A DNA stretch of 62,899 bases, filler included, from Octopus bimaculoides (lineage: Eukaryota): the NCBI RefSeq assembly GCF_001194135.2. It is 4 parts of 4 records of this genome, joined end to end, with 100 filler letters (N's around TTAATTAATTAA, not from the genome) between each part and the next. Parts side by side here need not be neighbours in the genome. Positions count along the whole stretch, not along the records: positions 1 to 13,401 come from NC_069000.1; positions 13,502 to 43,203 come from NC_068988.1; 2 more parts are not named here. One strand, given 5' to 3'. The translations under genes were made by a program, and so were the position numbers. The notes beneath the pieces were generated by a model, which ran no database searches, was not told where the DNA came from, and worked only from the letters and a program-made list of their open reading frames with translations. Shown piece after piece: positions 12,058 to 24,839 of this stretch. Within the stretch, counting starts at the first letter, position 1, and every line of letters begins with the position of its first letter.

Positions 12058-12504
12058 GCTTCTTCTTCTTCTTCTTCTTCTTCTTCTTCTTCTTCTTCTT
12101 CTTCCGAAATCGCCCCCGCCTCCAACGGCAACCTCGACAGCGACGACAGCAACGTCTAATGCGACTCCCCTGTTGTTCCCGCCTCTCCCTCCTCCTCCTC
12201 TTTAGTTCTTCTTCAGCCCTCACCTTCACCACCGCCACTGCATCACATTCATCAGCAACATCATCATCATCATCATCATGAACAGCATCAACAATAACAT
12301 CGACTGGCTAAAAATAGCGAAAGATCCCTCAAGTCACGCGTTAGCGTTTAAAATTCAAGGCCATTTTGGATGATGTGGTCCAAAGTTCTCCCGCCATTGC
12401 TGGAATGTCTTTGATCAAAATTCTCAGAGTTTGTCTGGGATTAAACAATTGCAGCAACAATAACAGGAACAAGTCAGCGAGAGAGCGACTGCGGGATGGC
12501 TACG

Positions 12505-13110
12505 TCTTTGTCACTTATGATAAAGCCTTCACTCTCTGCCTTTAGCCCTGAGTTCCGTAGCCATTGATGGGTTTGCTTCTGGTCCACATCAGCTTGTTTG
12601 TTACGGGCCACATATTGGCCATGCAGAGGTTTTTATTCCCAGCCAATTGTTCAAACGTATTTTGCTTTGCTATTGATTTCACCTTCTTTGCAACTGCAGT
12701 TGCTGCACTTCTCTCGTTCTGTTCAACCTGGGTATTATGCATAAACTCACTTGAAAATATTTTGCCCTCCTTCATAACAGAATGAAGTTTCTTACGTCTT
12801 TTATGGTTTTCAACAAGCTTTAGCATCCAGTCGTTAGATGTTTCAAGATATTTTGCCAGTCCAATTGTGGTGGTTTTATTGGAGATTTCAAATTGGATCA
12901 AACCTCGACCTCCGTGAGCTCTGGGTAGGTAAAGACGATCTGCGTCTGCCTTTCGGTGGTGCATCTTATTGTAAGTCAGCAGCTTACGGATTTTCCTGTC
13001 AATCCTCCTTGTTTCGCTCATATTCCAGTTCAACACATTGAAACTGCAAATAAGAACAGGAACTGCTGAGGAATTTATAGCTAACACCTTCTTACGTGCA
13101 TTGCTTTTCC
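12505..13110 (-). mobile_element. R4/Dong-clade (RLE) non-LTR retrotransposon internal fragment
   Basis: AINSSAVPVL..FNVLNW...IDRKIRKLLTYNKMHHRKADADRLYLPRAHGGRGL, then LKAESEGFI; typical post-RT region of R4/Dong elements. Confidence 0.85.
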
Positions 13111-13445
13111 TCTTTTCGGAGTCGATAAATTAAGTACCAATTATGTACTGGGGAACCGATGTAATCGACTAACCCCCGTCTCGCGAGAGAGAAAGGATTA
13201 TTATTATTCGTTAGTGTCGCAAAAATGCTTTGCAGTATTTCTTTCGGGTGTTTATGTTCAAAGTTCGAATCCCACTGACGTCAGCATTATCTTCTTTTCT
13301 TTTGACGACGATGAAACAGAGAACATGTCGACGACGGAGATCGATAGAATCGGCAGCCCCCTCCTCAGGACACAAGCCTTGCACCTATGTGAGAAATAAT
13401 TNNNNNNNNNNNNNNNNNNNNNNNNNNNNNNNNNNNNNNNNNNNN

Positions 13446-13457
13446 TTAATTAATTAA
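13446..13457. other. assembly linker TTAATTAATTAA between N runs
   Basis: Identical 12-mer (stops in all six frames) embedded in Ns here and at 43248-43259 and 58427-58438. Confidence 0.9.
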
Positions 13458-13934
13458 NNNNNNNNNNNNNNNNNNNNNNNNNNNNNNNNNNNNNNNNNNN
13501 NATATGGGGAAAAATATTGAAAACACGTTACTACATGAGAAAGCGATAAAGAAAGGAGGAGGGTTGTCTTTGGATGTGCTAGAAACAATAGCTAAATCAC
13601 CCTTAAATCACTCACTTTTCCCTCTGAAAATATCAACAATTTTTATTTTTTATTTCTTTTTACTGAAAATGCTCTTCCCATGGTTTTGAAGTGCAAAAGC
13701 ATTGGTCAAAATAGGTCTGGAGTGGGTTGGTGAGGGAGAAGGTGTAAAAAAGAGTTTTCAAAACTTTTATCATACAAAGTTGCTCCCCCAATCCTATCAT
13801 TTCGAAGGCTGTAGTTTAGATGAAAAAATGGGGAAAATCCCCGAACAATTTTCCCCACAAATTTCTTTATAATCATAATCTATGCCGTTTGAAAGGGATT
13901 TGTATAAATTTTCATTAAAAGATATCCAGTTTCC

Positions 13935-14260
13935 TCAATGTTATGAGGCCACTCCCGATCTTTTCAACTGTGTCGTCGATTATCTGATGACCAAGCACTG
14001 TGTGCGAGCCTCTAGTAATACCTTCGGTAACTACCACCTTAATGACCTGGAATATGCAGATGTTACCACCCTATTTAGCAACTCGATCGACCATCTCAGG
14101 AATGCACTGACCATTTGCAGAGAAGAATCAGCAAAGCTTGGCCCTCAGGTGAGCTGAGCGAAGACGAAGCTCATGCATGTTAGAGATGGCTCGGACTCTC
14201 CCATTTTCAATATTGGTCCCGATGTTGTGCAGTTTGGCAACTCCTTCATCTACCTGGGTT
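13935..14260 (+). mobile_element. RTE-clade reverse transcriptase fragment
   Basis: PDLFNCVVDYLM...LNDLEYADVTTLF...ESAKLGPQVS*AKTKLM...FIYLG (YADD region, decayed). Confidence 0.8.
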
Positions 14261-14819
14261 TAAGAGAAAAGTAAAGGGAGAAAAGAGGAAGTAAGATGAA
14301 AATGCAATCTATTACATTTTCTTCCGTCGAATTATAGGATACTCAAACATCGTAGTGATTCCGGTATCAAGGTATTTTTAAATATCTTATGACGGCCATA
14401 TAAGATATGTGTTGTGCTATGCTTCAATTTGGTCATCAACGACTGTCGAAACGCTCATGGTACTCCAGATCAAAATTTTTACTCTTAAACCAACTGAACC
14501 ACTTACAGGCAATGTTCTCGGCTGTGGCACCATCTCTATAAACTGCAAAAATCTACTTTGCTGCTTGTACGGAATTTTCCTTTTCTGGAAATAAAAGAAT
14601 ATCAAATGACGAAAATGTATCTCTCCAATTTTCATTTTTAACTAAAGGAAATCCCATGTTTTAACGGTGCGAACTTTTGTTTGCATGAGTGTTTTGAATG
14701 CAAAGCAGGTAACCATTAGTATTGAAACTGCTTATCTGTACAACATTCAACACCTTATTCACAGAAATTGCATCAGACATGATGTTGCGTATACTTGGAG
14801 TTAGAAGATAACGCAGGAA

Positions 14820-15461
14820 TCTATATATATATATAAAACAAAAGGATTCTGTGTGTGTAACATGTATGCATTTCTACAGTTTTCAACCGATTTTCACCAA
14901 ACTTCACACACACATTACTTACGTGCCAAGGATAGTCATGCATTATAACATTTTGCCCAGAGCTTCCGCGTAAAGCTAGAAATAGAGAAAAAATGTATTC
15001 CACGTGGGAGTGAAGTATATTTGCCACTTAAATGTGGCTGACCCCTAAGGGTGGATGTTACTGTTGCTTTTAGCCCCAGGAGGACATCTCTTCCAGCTGG
15101 CTATCGACACACAGCTGTGTCCTGTCTGTATTTGCCAAGGGAAGTTATCTTTCCCATCTTGATCTACGATACGTACGGACTCGAGTTTCAGGGTAGTTTC
15201 CCTTCTTCAGCGTACGACAATCGCCGACCCTCTAAAAACTGCAGTTTCCATTCTCTCCCTTTTGTCTCTCTGACTATTTATCTCGTCTCTTTCTTTTTCT
15301 CACTCCCCCTCTGTAATAGTTCCTATCTTTAAGTCTATGACTTCCTTTCACTCTCTCCCTTTTTTCACTCTGTTTATTTATCTCTTCTCTTTCTTCTTCT
15401 CACACTGCTCTTCTGTAATAATTGCTCTCTTTAAGTCTATGCCTACTTCTTTCACTCTCTC

Positions 15462-15552
<91 letters not shown>

Positions 15553-17117
15553 AACTGACACAATATCTTCTGTCTACATATTGTCTTTCGTGTATTAGTC
15601 GTACGTAAAAACCTCTTTCGTTACGGTTTTTGTACGTTCCCACTGAAAATTAACTTGGTTATTTTTCATTTTCGTCCACATAGTGTGTTTAAATTCAGTT
15701 TCGCCACTTCTGCCTGAAAATTGACTTCACAGTATTTCAATTATGTCGTTTGTAAATATCTTTGTCTTTGCGCTCATTTTTCGACCGATTCTCTCCCTTT
15801 GACTTCTGCAGTTTTCACCCGATTCTCTCACACATCTCTCTCCATTTATTCATCTCTCCTCTTTCCTTTTTTCAATCTCAACATCTATAATTGTTCCTCT
15901 CTTTAATTCTGTCTGTTTTTTCCATTCTCTCTCCCCTCTCCTCTTTCTCTCCTTCTCTTTCTCTCTCTCTCTCTCTCTCTTTAACTGAGACACAATAACG
16001 TCTGTTTACAAATTGTATTCCGTGTATTTCAAATAGTCTTGCGTTAAAAACTATGTCATTACAGTTTTTATACATTCTGACTGAAAAATAACTTAGTTAT
16101 TTCTCATCTTTGTTCATCCAGTGTGTTTGAATTAAGTTTCGCCACATCCGCCTCAGTGTATCTACACTATCTTTACGCTTCCCCCCACAACATTACTTTC
16201 TTTATTTTAAATTGTTTTGCCACATCTGCATTTTGTAATTGAAGCTTCTAAACTCCGACACAACGCCACTTAAGAAAAGAGCCCTTATTGGTTGCAAAAC
16301 TGCAACAGCAGAGGCATTGAAGAGAAAGCGAGCAAATGAATCCTCACACAGGACTGCACGAAGACATTCACAAAATGCTGCTTGCACAGACATTGCCAGA
16401 GCCATGGAAAGTGAGGAGCAGCGTAGCAGTCGCCAGATCAGAAATGCTACATTCACAGCTTCATTACACGCTAACCTGAGTCAGTCACAGTGCATTATTC
16501 TTCCTATTAGGGATGTTCCATCAACTGCTGCTGCGTGAGCTGCAGAGAACGAAAAACAGGGCACCATTCACCATGCTAGAAATGCCACAGCAGCTACTGC
16601 TGCGCGAGCTGCAAAGAACGAAGAACAAGGCGCCATTCGCCATGCCAGGAATGCTACAGCAACTACTGCTGCGTGAGCTGCAGAAAACGAAGAACAGCGC
16701 ACCATTCGCTGTGCCAGGAACTCTACAGCAACTGCTGCTGCGCAATTTGCAGAGGATGAAGAACAGCATGCCATTTGTCATGCCAGGAATGTTACAGCAA
16801 CTGCTACAGTGCAAACAGCAGAGCATGAAAACCAGCGCGTCATTCGTTATTCCTTCCTTTTTATATGTATTTTCATCAATTTCAAGTCATTATACACCAA
16901 ATACATTTCAAATTTTCTAAGAAAAACCAGTATTTTTCTGTTTTTTTTGCGGTTGTGACATATTTCAAGAATATTTTGTACGCTTTTTGTGAATATTGGT
17001 ACATTTTTGCATAGGATTCTGTACATTTTTCAAAAAAGCTTTGGCAGCCCTGATCGTTAAGTGTTCTTAGAATGACGAATTGTTCACATCCCAAGCAACG
17101 CTGGGTACCTCAGCTAG
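14820..17117 (+). mobile_element. non-autonomous Helitron with intact termini
   Basis: 5' A|TCTATATATATATATAAAAC; 3' hairpin CCCAAGCAACGCTGGG then CTAG|T at 17114-17118; AT insertion site without TSD; internal remnant of RepHel N-terminal repeats. Confidence 0.85.
16515..16840 (+). repeat. 69-bp tandem repeat (about 4.5 units) encoding decayed 23-aa Helitron N-terminal repeats
   Basis: Motif TGCG(T/C)GAGC or its diverged equivalent recurs at 16532, 16601, 16670, 16739 and 16808; one frame reads AARAAENEEQ..IRHARNAT with CGA>TGA stops in two units. Confidence 0.85.
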
Positions 17118-17242
17118 TAGCGAAATAAAAGTGAAATAATGACTGAAAGCAAATTATTGATATTTCCTATCAATAGTTTTATATTCTCATAAAATCATTA
17201 TCAAAAGTCGCATGTCTTTAATACAACCTTTATATACCCGGG

Positions 17243-17421
17243 AGCATTTCTGATCTGGCGACTGCTACGCTGCTCCTCACTTTCCATGGCTCTGGCAATG
17301 GCTGTGCAAGCAACATTTTGTGAATATCTTCGTGCAGTCTCGTGTGAGGATTCATTTGCTCGCTTTCTCTTCAATGTCTCTGCTGTTGCAGTTTTGCAAC
17401 CAATAAGGGCTCTTTTCTTAA
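17243..17421 (-). repeat. inverted copy of Helitron-internal segment 16270-16448
   Basis: Reverse complement matches TTAAGAAAAGAGCCC...CAGATCAGAAATGCT with few substitutions. Confidence 0.9.
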
Positions 17422-18132
17422 ATATATGTATATATATAGAAGAAAAAGAGCTGATACAGGCAAAACAATGGTTATATTATGAATTTCATTAGCTTATAGC
17501 TGTTTTTGCTATTAGATGCAGCGGATTCTTAGTCGAGTGCCTGAATAACATTCTATAACTTCATCGGAGCCTTGAATATGAANNNNNNNNNNNNNNNNNN
17601 NNNNNNNNNNNNNNNNNNNNNNNNNNNNNNNNNNNNNNNNNNNNNNNNNNNNNNNNNNNNNNNNNNNNNNNNNNNNNNNNNNNNNNNNNNNNNNNNNNNN
17701 NNNNNNNNNNNNNNNNNNNNNNNNNNNNNNNNNNNNNNNNNNNNNNNNNNNNNNNNNNNNNNNNNNNNNNNNNNNNNNNNNNNNNNNNNNNNNNNNNNNN
17801 NNNNNNNNNNNNNNNNNNNNNNNNNNNNNNNNNNNNNNNNNNNNNNNNNNNNNNNNNNNNNNNNNNNNNNNNNNNNNNNNNNNNNNNNNNNNNNNNNNNN
17901 NNNNNNNNNNNNNNNNNNNNNNNNNNNNNNNNNNNNNNNNAAAAGGTATATCCAAAAGGCAATTAGATAATGTTGGTCAGTTTTTCTATTGATTCATACG
18001 ATAATTGTTCTCTGTCTAATTGTTTCTTAAAGTAGATGATACAGTTTTGTTTGAATTTTGATGTTAAGTTGTGTTGTTTCAGTTGTTTGTATTTTCCACT
18101 CATTATTTCCCTCTGTTCTTAATCAGTTACAC

Positions 18133-19673
18133 TTGTACGATTAAATGTTTAATTGTTATATGTACAATGAGCAAGAATGTAGGAGTTCTTTCCCCTGGTT
18201 ATTTTCTGCAATTTTTACAATATTGCCTCTTTCACAGTCTACCACCAAATTTGGAATGTTAAGTATAGCTATCACTCATCCATTCTCTTGCCATCATTAC
18301 TCATGCATCTCACTGTAAAGAGAGTGGCAAGTAAGTAGAGACATGGGTAGTGAGGTTCCTTTTTTATGTCAAGTATCTAGCTACTAGAGCTGGTATGATA
18401 AAAAAATAAAAAAAGCACCCAGTAAAATGATTGGTGTTATGAAAAACACAGCTGTAGAAACTAAGCCAAAAATTAAATATTATTCAGACGCGGTTTGCCA
18501 ATCATGCTTAAGTTTTATTGTCATCGCATACGCTGTACGAGATGGGAGCTGAAAAGTTCCAGGCTTTAAGGGTATCNNNNNNNNNNNNNNNNNNNNNNNN
18601 NNNNNNNNNNNNNNNNNNNNNNNNNNNNNNNNNGTGTGATTCTGATGATCTGTGAAAATAACAGCAATTTCTTTTCTCAACGAAGGTTGATTGTTGTCAT
18701 AGTTGTTTGGCGCTGAAGTTCGAGTAGTTCAGATGTTTTAAATCCCAATTAGTTTTCATCTTTTTCATGTAACCGATCAAAGGTCTTTTGCTTAACCTTT
18801 CTGTAGAATTATGCAGGCTTTGGTACAATTCACAGATCCATTGAAATTTCTCTCAACAATGCAGCGATCTGCAATAGCTTAACCCAGTCTCCTGTCTAAC
18901 CATGGATTATACAAGTAGTGATGCTTCATGTTGAGTTTCAGTTTTTTTTTTTTTCTGTCCCCATTTGATTACAGCTACTTCTTCGCTCTAATCCGAAGAG
19001 AATCACTCATTGCTTTGAGGTTTTTTGTCATTTTACCATCAAGCCAGTATCAATAGCAAAATTTTGAGAAGAGTGCGTTCATTACAGTAAGATGAATAAT
19101 CCCCTTATACCGACATGACTGACTTCAACATCATTTTATGAATGAAAGCATAAACGGAGAGTGAGAGAGAAAGAGAGAAGGAAATGCAGAGACAAAGAGA
19201 GGGGAGGACAAAGATTTATGGGAAATAACTCAAAATAAAAGAAAATGTGTTATTTCCCTTGTACTACTAAATGTTTAATTGTTATATGTACAATGAGCAA
19301 GAATGTAGGAGTTCTTTCCCCTGGTTAATTTTCTACAAAGTCTATGCTTATAGCTCATTTTTACAATATTGCCTCTTTCAAAGTCTACCACCAAATTTGG
19401 AATGTTAAGTATAGCTATCACTCATCCATTCTCATTACACATTTTTCTTGCCATCATTACTCATGCCTCTATCACTCATGCATCTCACTGTAAAGAGAGT
19501 GGCAAGTAAGTAGAGACATGGGTTGTGAGGTTCCTTTTTTATGTCAAGTACATAGCTACTAGAGCTGGTATGATAAAAAAAAAAGCACCCAGTAAAATGA
19601 TTGGTGTTATGAAAAACACAGCTGTAGAAACTAAGCCAAAAATTAAATATTATTCAGCCGCGGTTTGCCAATC
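18133..19673 (+). repeat. direct repeat pair of about 370-415 bp (18133-18503 and 19259-19673)
   Basis: Near-identical blocks from TAAATGTTTAATTGTTATATGTACAATGAGC to CGCGGTTTGCCAATC, differing by indels and a few substitutions. Confidence 0.9.
18536..18576 (+). mobile_element. mariner-type terminal inverted repeat fragment
   Basis: TACGAGATGGGAGCTGAAAAGTTCCAGGCTTT resembles mariner TIRs (TA-CGAGGG..CTGAAAAGTTCC); truncated by a gap. Confidence 0.5.
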
Positions 19674-22371
19674 GATTTTAGTGCTCACTTTATTTGTGAC
19701 AAATCATGCTTGGATGGAAAGCAGACATAAAATGGTGGTGATTATAATTTCTCATGGAGATTTCATCTATATAACATTATGAAAACTGAACAGGAAATGT
19801 TTCAAATTTAATTAATAGAATAACCCTCTACAAAGCTAATGTGAAAACTATATTGGAGTACAATTCACATTCTTGGATCAGAGCTGTCACTGATTCACTG
19901 ATAAAATTTTAAACCACATTGGATTACAGGTTACATATTTTGGACATGGCTGCCACTGCTATACAATCTAAAGTTTTAGACTACACTGAAGTCCATTTTG
20001 CATTTAAGGATGTTTGCATTTAAGTCCTGCTACTATCACACAAACTAAAATTCTAGACCACATCCAAAAGAAGGCTGACCATTCAAGTGATTGCTAAAGA
20101 CTCACTAAATTTCTAAAATCTCTAGCTTATAAATTTTCTTTTTTTTTTTTTTTCNNNNNNNNNNTCCATAAGCAGGTAACTTAGCTAGGAGTTTCTCATG
20201 TCTGATGTGGTCAGACGCATATTTGGTATCACTCTTATGAATTTGTTCAAATCCTTTTGGCAGAGGACCAAAGAAATTGGCTGCAGTTAAGGAAATGATG
20301 GTGCTTGCAGTCTGTGCACTATACAGAGGTGCCTTCTGCTTCGCAATTCTAAAATTTCTGGAAGAGTTAGTATCATCACCTAATAGGTTTAATGGCTGAT
20401 ACTTCAATCATTTCAACAACACTGGACATGTTTTAGTTTTATAAGACCTCTTCAGCAAGGAATATACTTTATCATGCTTGCTGAAGTAGTAAAAATAGAA
20501 TTCCGAAGAGATTTAGAATACTGTACATAAGTGACTGAGAAAAATTTGCATATTTTTAAACAAGAAAGCACTTAAGCCAATTACTATTTGACGTTTCTGT
20601 TGGCTGCCTAAAACTCATGCAACCTCAATGGCAAAAGACAATCTAACTCCAAGTGATGTTTTCAACACATTGTATAATCAACAAGGGAACCTGCACTTGG
20701 CTCAAAATCAGAGCTAAACAACACCTCTGTCACTCATTAAAAAAATATGTAATGTGTATAATTTGTATCAGATAAATTTCTATCTAGAACATATCCATGT
20801 CTATCATTTTTCTATCTACCATATTTAATCATAAAAACAAAAATGACTGACATCGAGTAAATTTATTTCGAGACTCAAGAAGAATAATTTTAAATACTCT
20901 ATCACATGGTGGTCTATAAAAGGTAGTGCTTCTCTGTATCATGGGGGGAATTCTGGAAGTAATCTGTGCTTTGAGGAAATGCCAGAGTTCCTCAAATGTA
21001 ACTCCAACTTAATAAATAAGCATAAGGAACTACCAATTCACTGCTCACATTTACACAGTAAAACATTCTAAGCATTTCCAAACAAAATATTAAATGATTA
21101 GCTTGCCTTGGTACAAATAGATAAGTTACGTTACCATAATAGATCTTAGTTATGTTACCATTGATTATACTTCTTCCAATGAATCAACTCAGTAATACAG
21201 GAAATCCTCTCAGCTGACCTGAATTAGAATTCAATACTTGGATCATATTTTAATTACACAAATCTTCATTTTTGGTTTCCCCCAAATCAACTTTTAAGCA
21301 TTCCTTTTCAATTTTGAAATTCATCCCAATTTTCAGTCGTCTATAATTTCCACAACATAGAGCAGTCTACTCTTCCTCTAAATTTTTTTTTTTTTAATAG
21401 AATTCTTTTTAATGATTGATAACTTAATTTCTTTTTTTCTGAATATATTTAATTTGAATTATATTGAAAGATTGCCAACTTGAAATTTATTAATAATCTA
21501 AATAGACAATGTTTTACTGTGGTTTTTTTTAAATTTTTTTTTTTTCTGCAGTGAATTGGTTTGCACTAAACTACAAATTGATTTAGATATTAAGCAGACA
21601 TTATTATCATCTTCCCATAGACCTTAATTCACCAGCATCTGATAGCATAACTACCTCCAAAGTCTATGAAATCACTATAGAGTAATAAATTATGGAAAGA
21701 AACCTGATACATCTACTTTTAGTTAACCTTTTCCACTAGTTTTGATTGTGTATATTAAAAAAGAATTAACAGATACTATCATATTAATTCTTCATTTCTT
21801 TACTGATATATTCTGCATTTTAATACACCAAAATTACTAATCGGTGACAAATTTTGGATTTACAATTTGCATTGATTACACACAATTAACAACCTATAGA
21901 AATTATTATAATTTTAATTGGACATCCTGTTAGCTGAGAATTTTTTTTGCAGAGGGCTTAATGACCCATCTGCCCAGGTGGATGAAACTTGAGGTAGCAT
22001 CCAATGGCCAGATGCTCTTCTCCTCTCCAACCTATGTTTTTAAGTATGGTACCTTTTCCACTTGTCTTCATTCATCAATGCTGATGAATCTCTCAAACTG
22101 CAGGAATTATTTGCAGGATGGGAGAATCGTATTTCTTCTAGTTCTTTAATTTCTGTGATGAAATGTTGCCAAAGTGAATTTTACTTTTTATCTTTTTAGT
22201 ATTAATAAACAAAAATACCAGTTTACTACAGGGAGCAATGTTGGCATTGTGATTACATAAAAACAATTATTTAAAGGAGGTAAACATTGTTGTTTTGTTC
22301 AGTTTCTCTAAGAGGCAGAAAATAAACACTCACGCATATGTATACATACATAAATATCATATCTACAGGCA

Positions 22372-22529
22372 CAGGAGTGGCTGTGTGGTAAGTAGCTTGC
22401 TTACCAACCACTACCAGGTTCAGTCCCACTGCATGGCACCTTGGGCAAATGTCTTTTACTATAGCCACGAGCCAACCAAAGCCTAGTGAGTGGATTTGGT
22501 AGACAGAAACTGAAAGAAGCCCGTCGTAT

Positions 22530-22567
<38 letters not shown>

Positions 22568-22660
22568 TTGTCCCCACAACATCGCTTGACAACTGATGCC
22601 AGTGTGTTTACGTCCCCGTAATCTAGCAGTTCGGCAAAAGAGACTGATAGATAGATAGGC
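22372..22660 (+). mobile_element. tRNA-derived SINE (same family as 1090)
   Basis: GGAGTGGCTGTGTGGTAAGTAGCTTGC...GGTTCAGTCCCACTG...GGCACCTTGGGCAA; internal (TA)n(TG)n; CGCTTGACAAC body. Confidence 0.85.
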
Positions 22661-22969
22661 TGAGGGAATGGAACAGGTAAAATGTATGCTACATATTTTA
22701 CTTAGCTAGCTGAAGCTCTTGATGTAATAGTTATGTAACAATCTATGCTCAACATAGCTAATCATCAAACTGAGATTACCTTAATGAAATGAAGGTTACA
22801 TTGTTGCTCAGAATTTCTAAACTCCCCACTGTGTGATATGTCAGGTCATTAAAAATGAAATGCCTGATGTTCTTATGCACCAGGTTCGACAGTCATTAAT
22901 TCTGATGTTTTATTCTAACAATTCTTTGTTTTACAACATTGAAAAGTTACATCATCACTTTTTGAAAGG

Positions 22970-23830
22970 CAATTCATGGTGTCTCATTATATTGTGAGTT
23001 TTCTCTTGTAAATCCATTCTGGCGAATCCATGGATAGATAAGAAATTTGTGTTGTTTATGAATATGAGTTCCGTCATGGAACATCAATGAGGTGTTTGGT
23101 GAGGTGTGGCAAATGAGTGTACTGTACATCGATGGTTTGAGAAGTTCCAGTCTGGTGACTTTACTCTTGAAAATCAGCCCTGTGGTGGACCTGAGACCAT
23201 GGTGGATAATGATGAGCTGGAAACTGTAGTGGAAGTGTATACATCTCAAACTACGTGTGACTTAGCAGCAGAGTTTGATGTTTTGATTGCAACTGTATAG
23301 GACCATCTGAAACAAATTGGTAAGGTAAAGAAGCTGGACAAGTGGGCACCACATGAACTGAACAAGCATCAAATGACATATTATCTTGAAACTTGCTGTT
23401 ATGGCATAAAAATAAACCATTTTTGCATTGTATTGTTACGTGTGAGGGAAAATAGATTATTTTCAACAATAGCAAGCATTCTGCACAGTGGTTGGATAGA
23501 GACAAAGTGCCAAATTACAATCCAAAAAAGAATATTCACCAAAAAAAGCTAATGGTGTCTGGTTGTCCAGCACTGGTGTCATCAATTACAGCTTCATGTG
23601 ACCTGGTAAGTCAATTATAGTAGATGTGTACATCAACCAATTGGATGAAATGATGAGTGAACTTGTAATTAAACAACTGAGATTGGTCAATAGAGAGAGG
23701 CTGATTCTCTTGGAAGACAATGCTTGACCACATGTTGCACAAAGAACTGAACTTGGAAGTTCTTTGCTGCAAGCATAAATAAACTACTGATAAAATGGCA
23801 AAACTGTGTTGATAATTTAGATGCATGCTT
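22970..23830 (+). mobile_element. decayed mariner transposase
   Basis: TVHRWFEKFQSGDFTLENQPCGGP..VDNDEL and HLKQIGKVKKLDKWAPHEL; multiple stops and frameshifts. Confidence 0.9.
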
Positions 23831-24078
23831 TAATTCACTGCATTACTTCCAGTTCAAAATCAGACATTTCATTCTTAATGACCTGATAGTTGTGGTAACA
23901 GGAAGAGTATCTGGTCTTAGAAAATCTGTCTTAACTATGCAAGCATGGAAAAGTGGGAATTAAAGTGATAACGATGATGATGAAATATATATCTGTTTCT
24001 AAAATGTCATGTATTTCTAAATAATCAAAAACAAACAAGAAATGGAGACAAGAACAAAATCCACAGTTTGTTTAAGAA

Positions 24079-24084
24079 TTTATT
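24079..24084 (-). terminator. candidate polyadenylation signal of the EBM/UPF3-like gene
   Basis: AATAAA on the minus strand about 320 nt after the stop, followed by a GU/U-rich tract; a second AATAAA lies at 24366-24371. Confidence 0.45.
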
Positions 24085-24404
24085 AAATATTCCTTCAAAT
24101 GAAAAGGGAGAACAAAAATACTTAGTGTGTCTGAAGATGGGAGGACAGAAGTATTTGACATTCCCCAGCAAAATTCCTCTAACAGAATAGTTAAACCCAA
24201 GAATTCAGTATCATCCACTCAGGTCTGTCTGTATGGTCAATGTGCAACTTGACACTCTCTCACCATATATTGGGCCATGAACAACACTTCACTGTAACCT
24301 GCTATTGTGCAGCAGGATGCAACAGATGTTCAGTAGCTGTAAATGGCAGTGAACAATTCATGTACTTTATTTATCATGGTTGGAATTAACCATTCACTGA
24401 ACTT

Positions 24405-24839
24405 TCACTCCTCAACATGGCACCTGCTCTCCTCAATGATATGACTGCTAACATCTGCAGAAACGGAGTTTTCAACAGAAACTCCACCTTCCATACTAGC
24501 AGCAATGCTGGACAGAGAAGCAACTTCTGCACTGCCTTTGTTTGCAGCTGCTTTATCTATGTTGTATCCACCTTTAGAATATGAGACTTTTTCAGAGTTG
24601 GTCTTATTGTTATCCACCCGGCTCTTATCTAAGTTACCCTTATTCTTGTCATGAGAAGCATTTCTGTCACGACGTTCAGGTAAAACTTTTTCTTGGCTTC
24701 CTGCCTTATTCTCAGAAATGTTTCCTCCTTTATCTGGGTTATTATTTCCTTTCTCATGATACTGCAATCGAGCCGTTTCTGACTGTTGACGTCTTTCCAA
24801 GGCTTTGCGTGGGTCATACAGGGCTCTTTCAGGCCGCTC
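24405..24839 (-). CDS. terminal coding exon (144 aa) starting with an EJC-binding-motif-like sequence; UPF3-like candidate
   Basis: Strong acceptor TTTTCTTTTATTAAG|GAG CGG CCT...; reads ERPERALYDPRKALERRQQ then a disordered K/N/S/E tail to TGA. Resembles the R/K-P-x-x-x-L-Y-x-P EBM of UPF3/SMG6; as I recall, the last exon of human UPF3B also opens at DRPAMQLYQP in phase 0. Confidence 0.65.
   Translation of the reverse strand, partial: ERPERALYDPRKALERRQQSETARLQYHEKGNNNPDKGGNISENKAGSQEKVLPERRDRNASHDKNKGNLDKSRVDNNKTNSEKVSYSKGGYNIDKAAANKGSAEVASLSSIAASMEGGVSVENSVSADVSSHIIEESRCHVEE

Noticed and set aside
12023-12238. Poly-K/poly-M/Arg-rich ORF
   Set aside because: Translation of (TTC)n and (TCA)n microsatellites plus a GC-rich tract.
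13446-13457. Palindromic TTAATTAATTAA occurring three times (also 43248 and 58427)
   Set aside because: Always embedded in N runs and has stops in all six frames: a scaffolding linker, not biology. Adjacency across these joins is uncertain.
16513-16920. 135-aa ORF with QQLLLRELQRTKN repeats
   Set aside because: Alternative frame of the 69-bp Helitron repeat; the ancestral frame is the ENEEQ one broken by CGA>TGA.
20900-22100. Chain of possible minus-strand mini-exons (GVTFEELWHFLKAQ..., DFIDFG, LRDSSALMNEDKWK)
   Set aside because: Weak splice sites, several frames open on both strands, part overlaps LINE-like debris, and it lies beyond the poly(A) signals; likely over-fitting.
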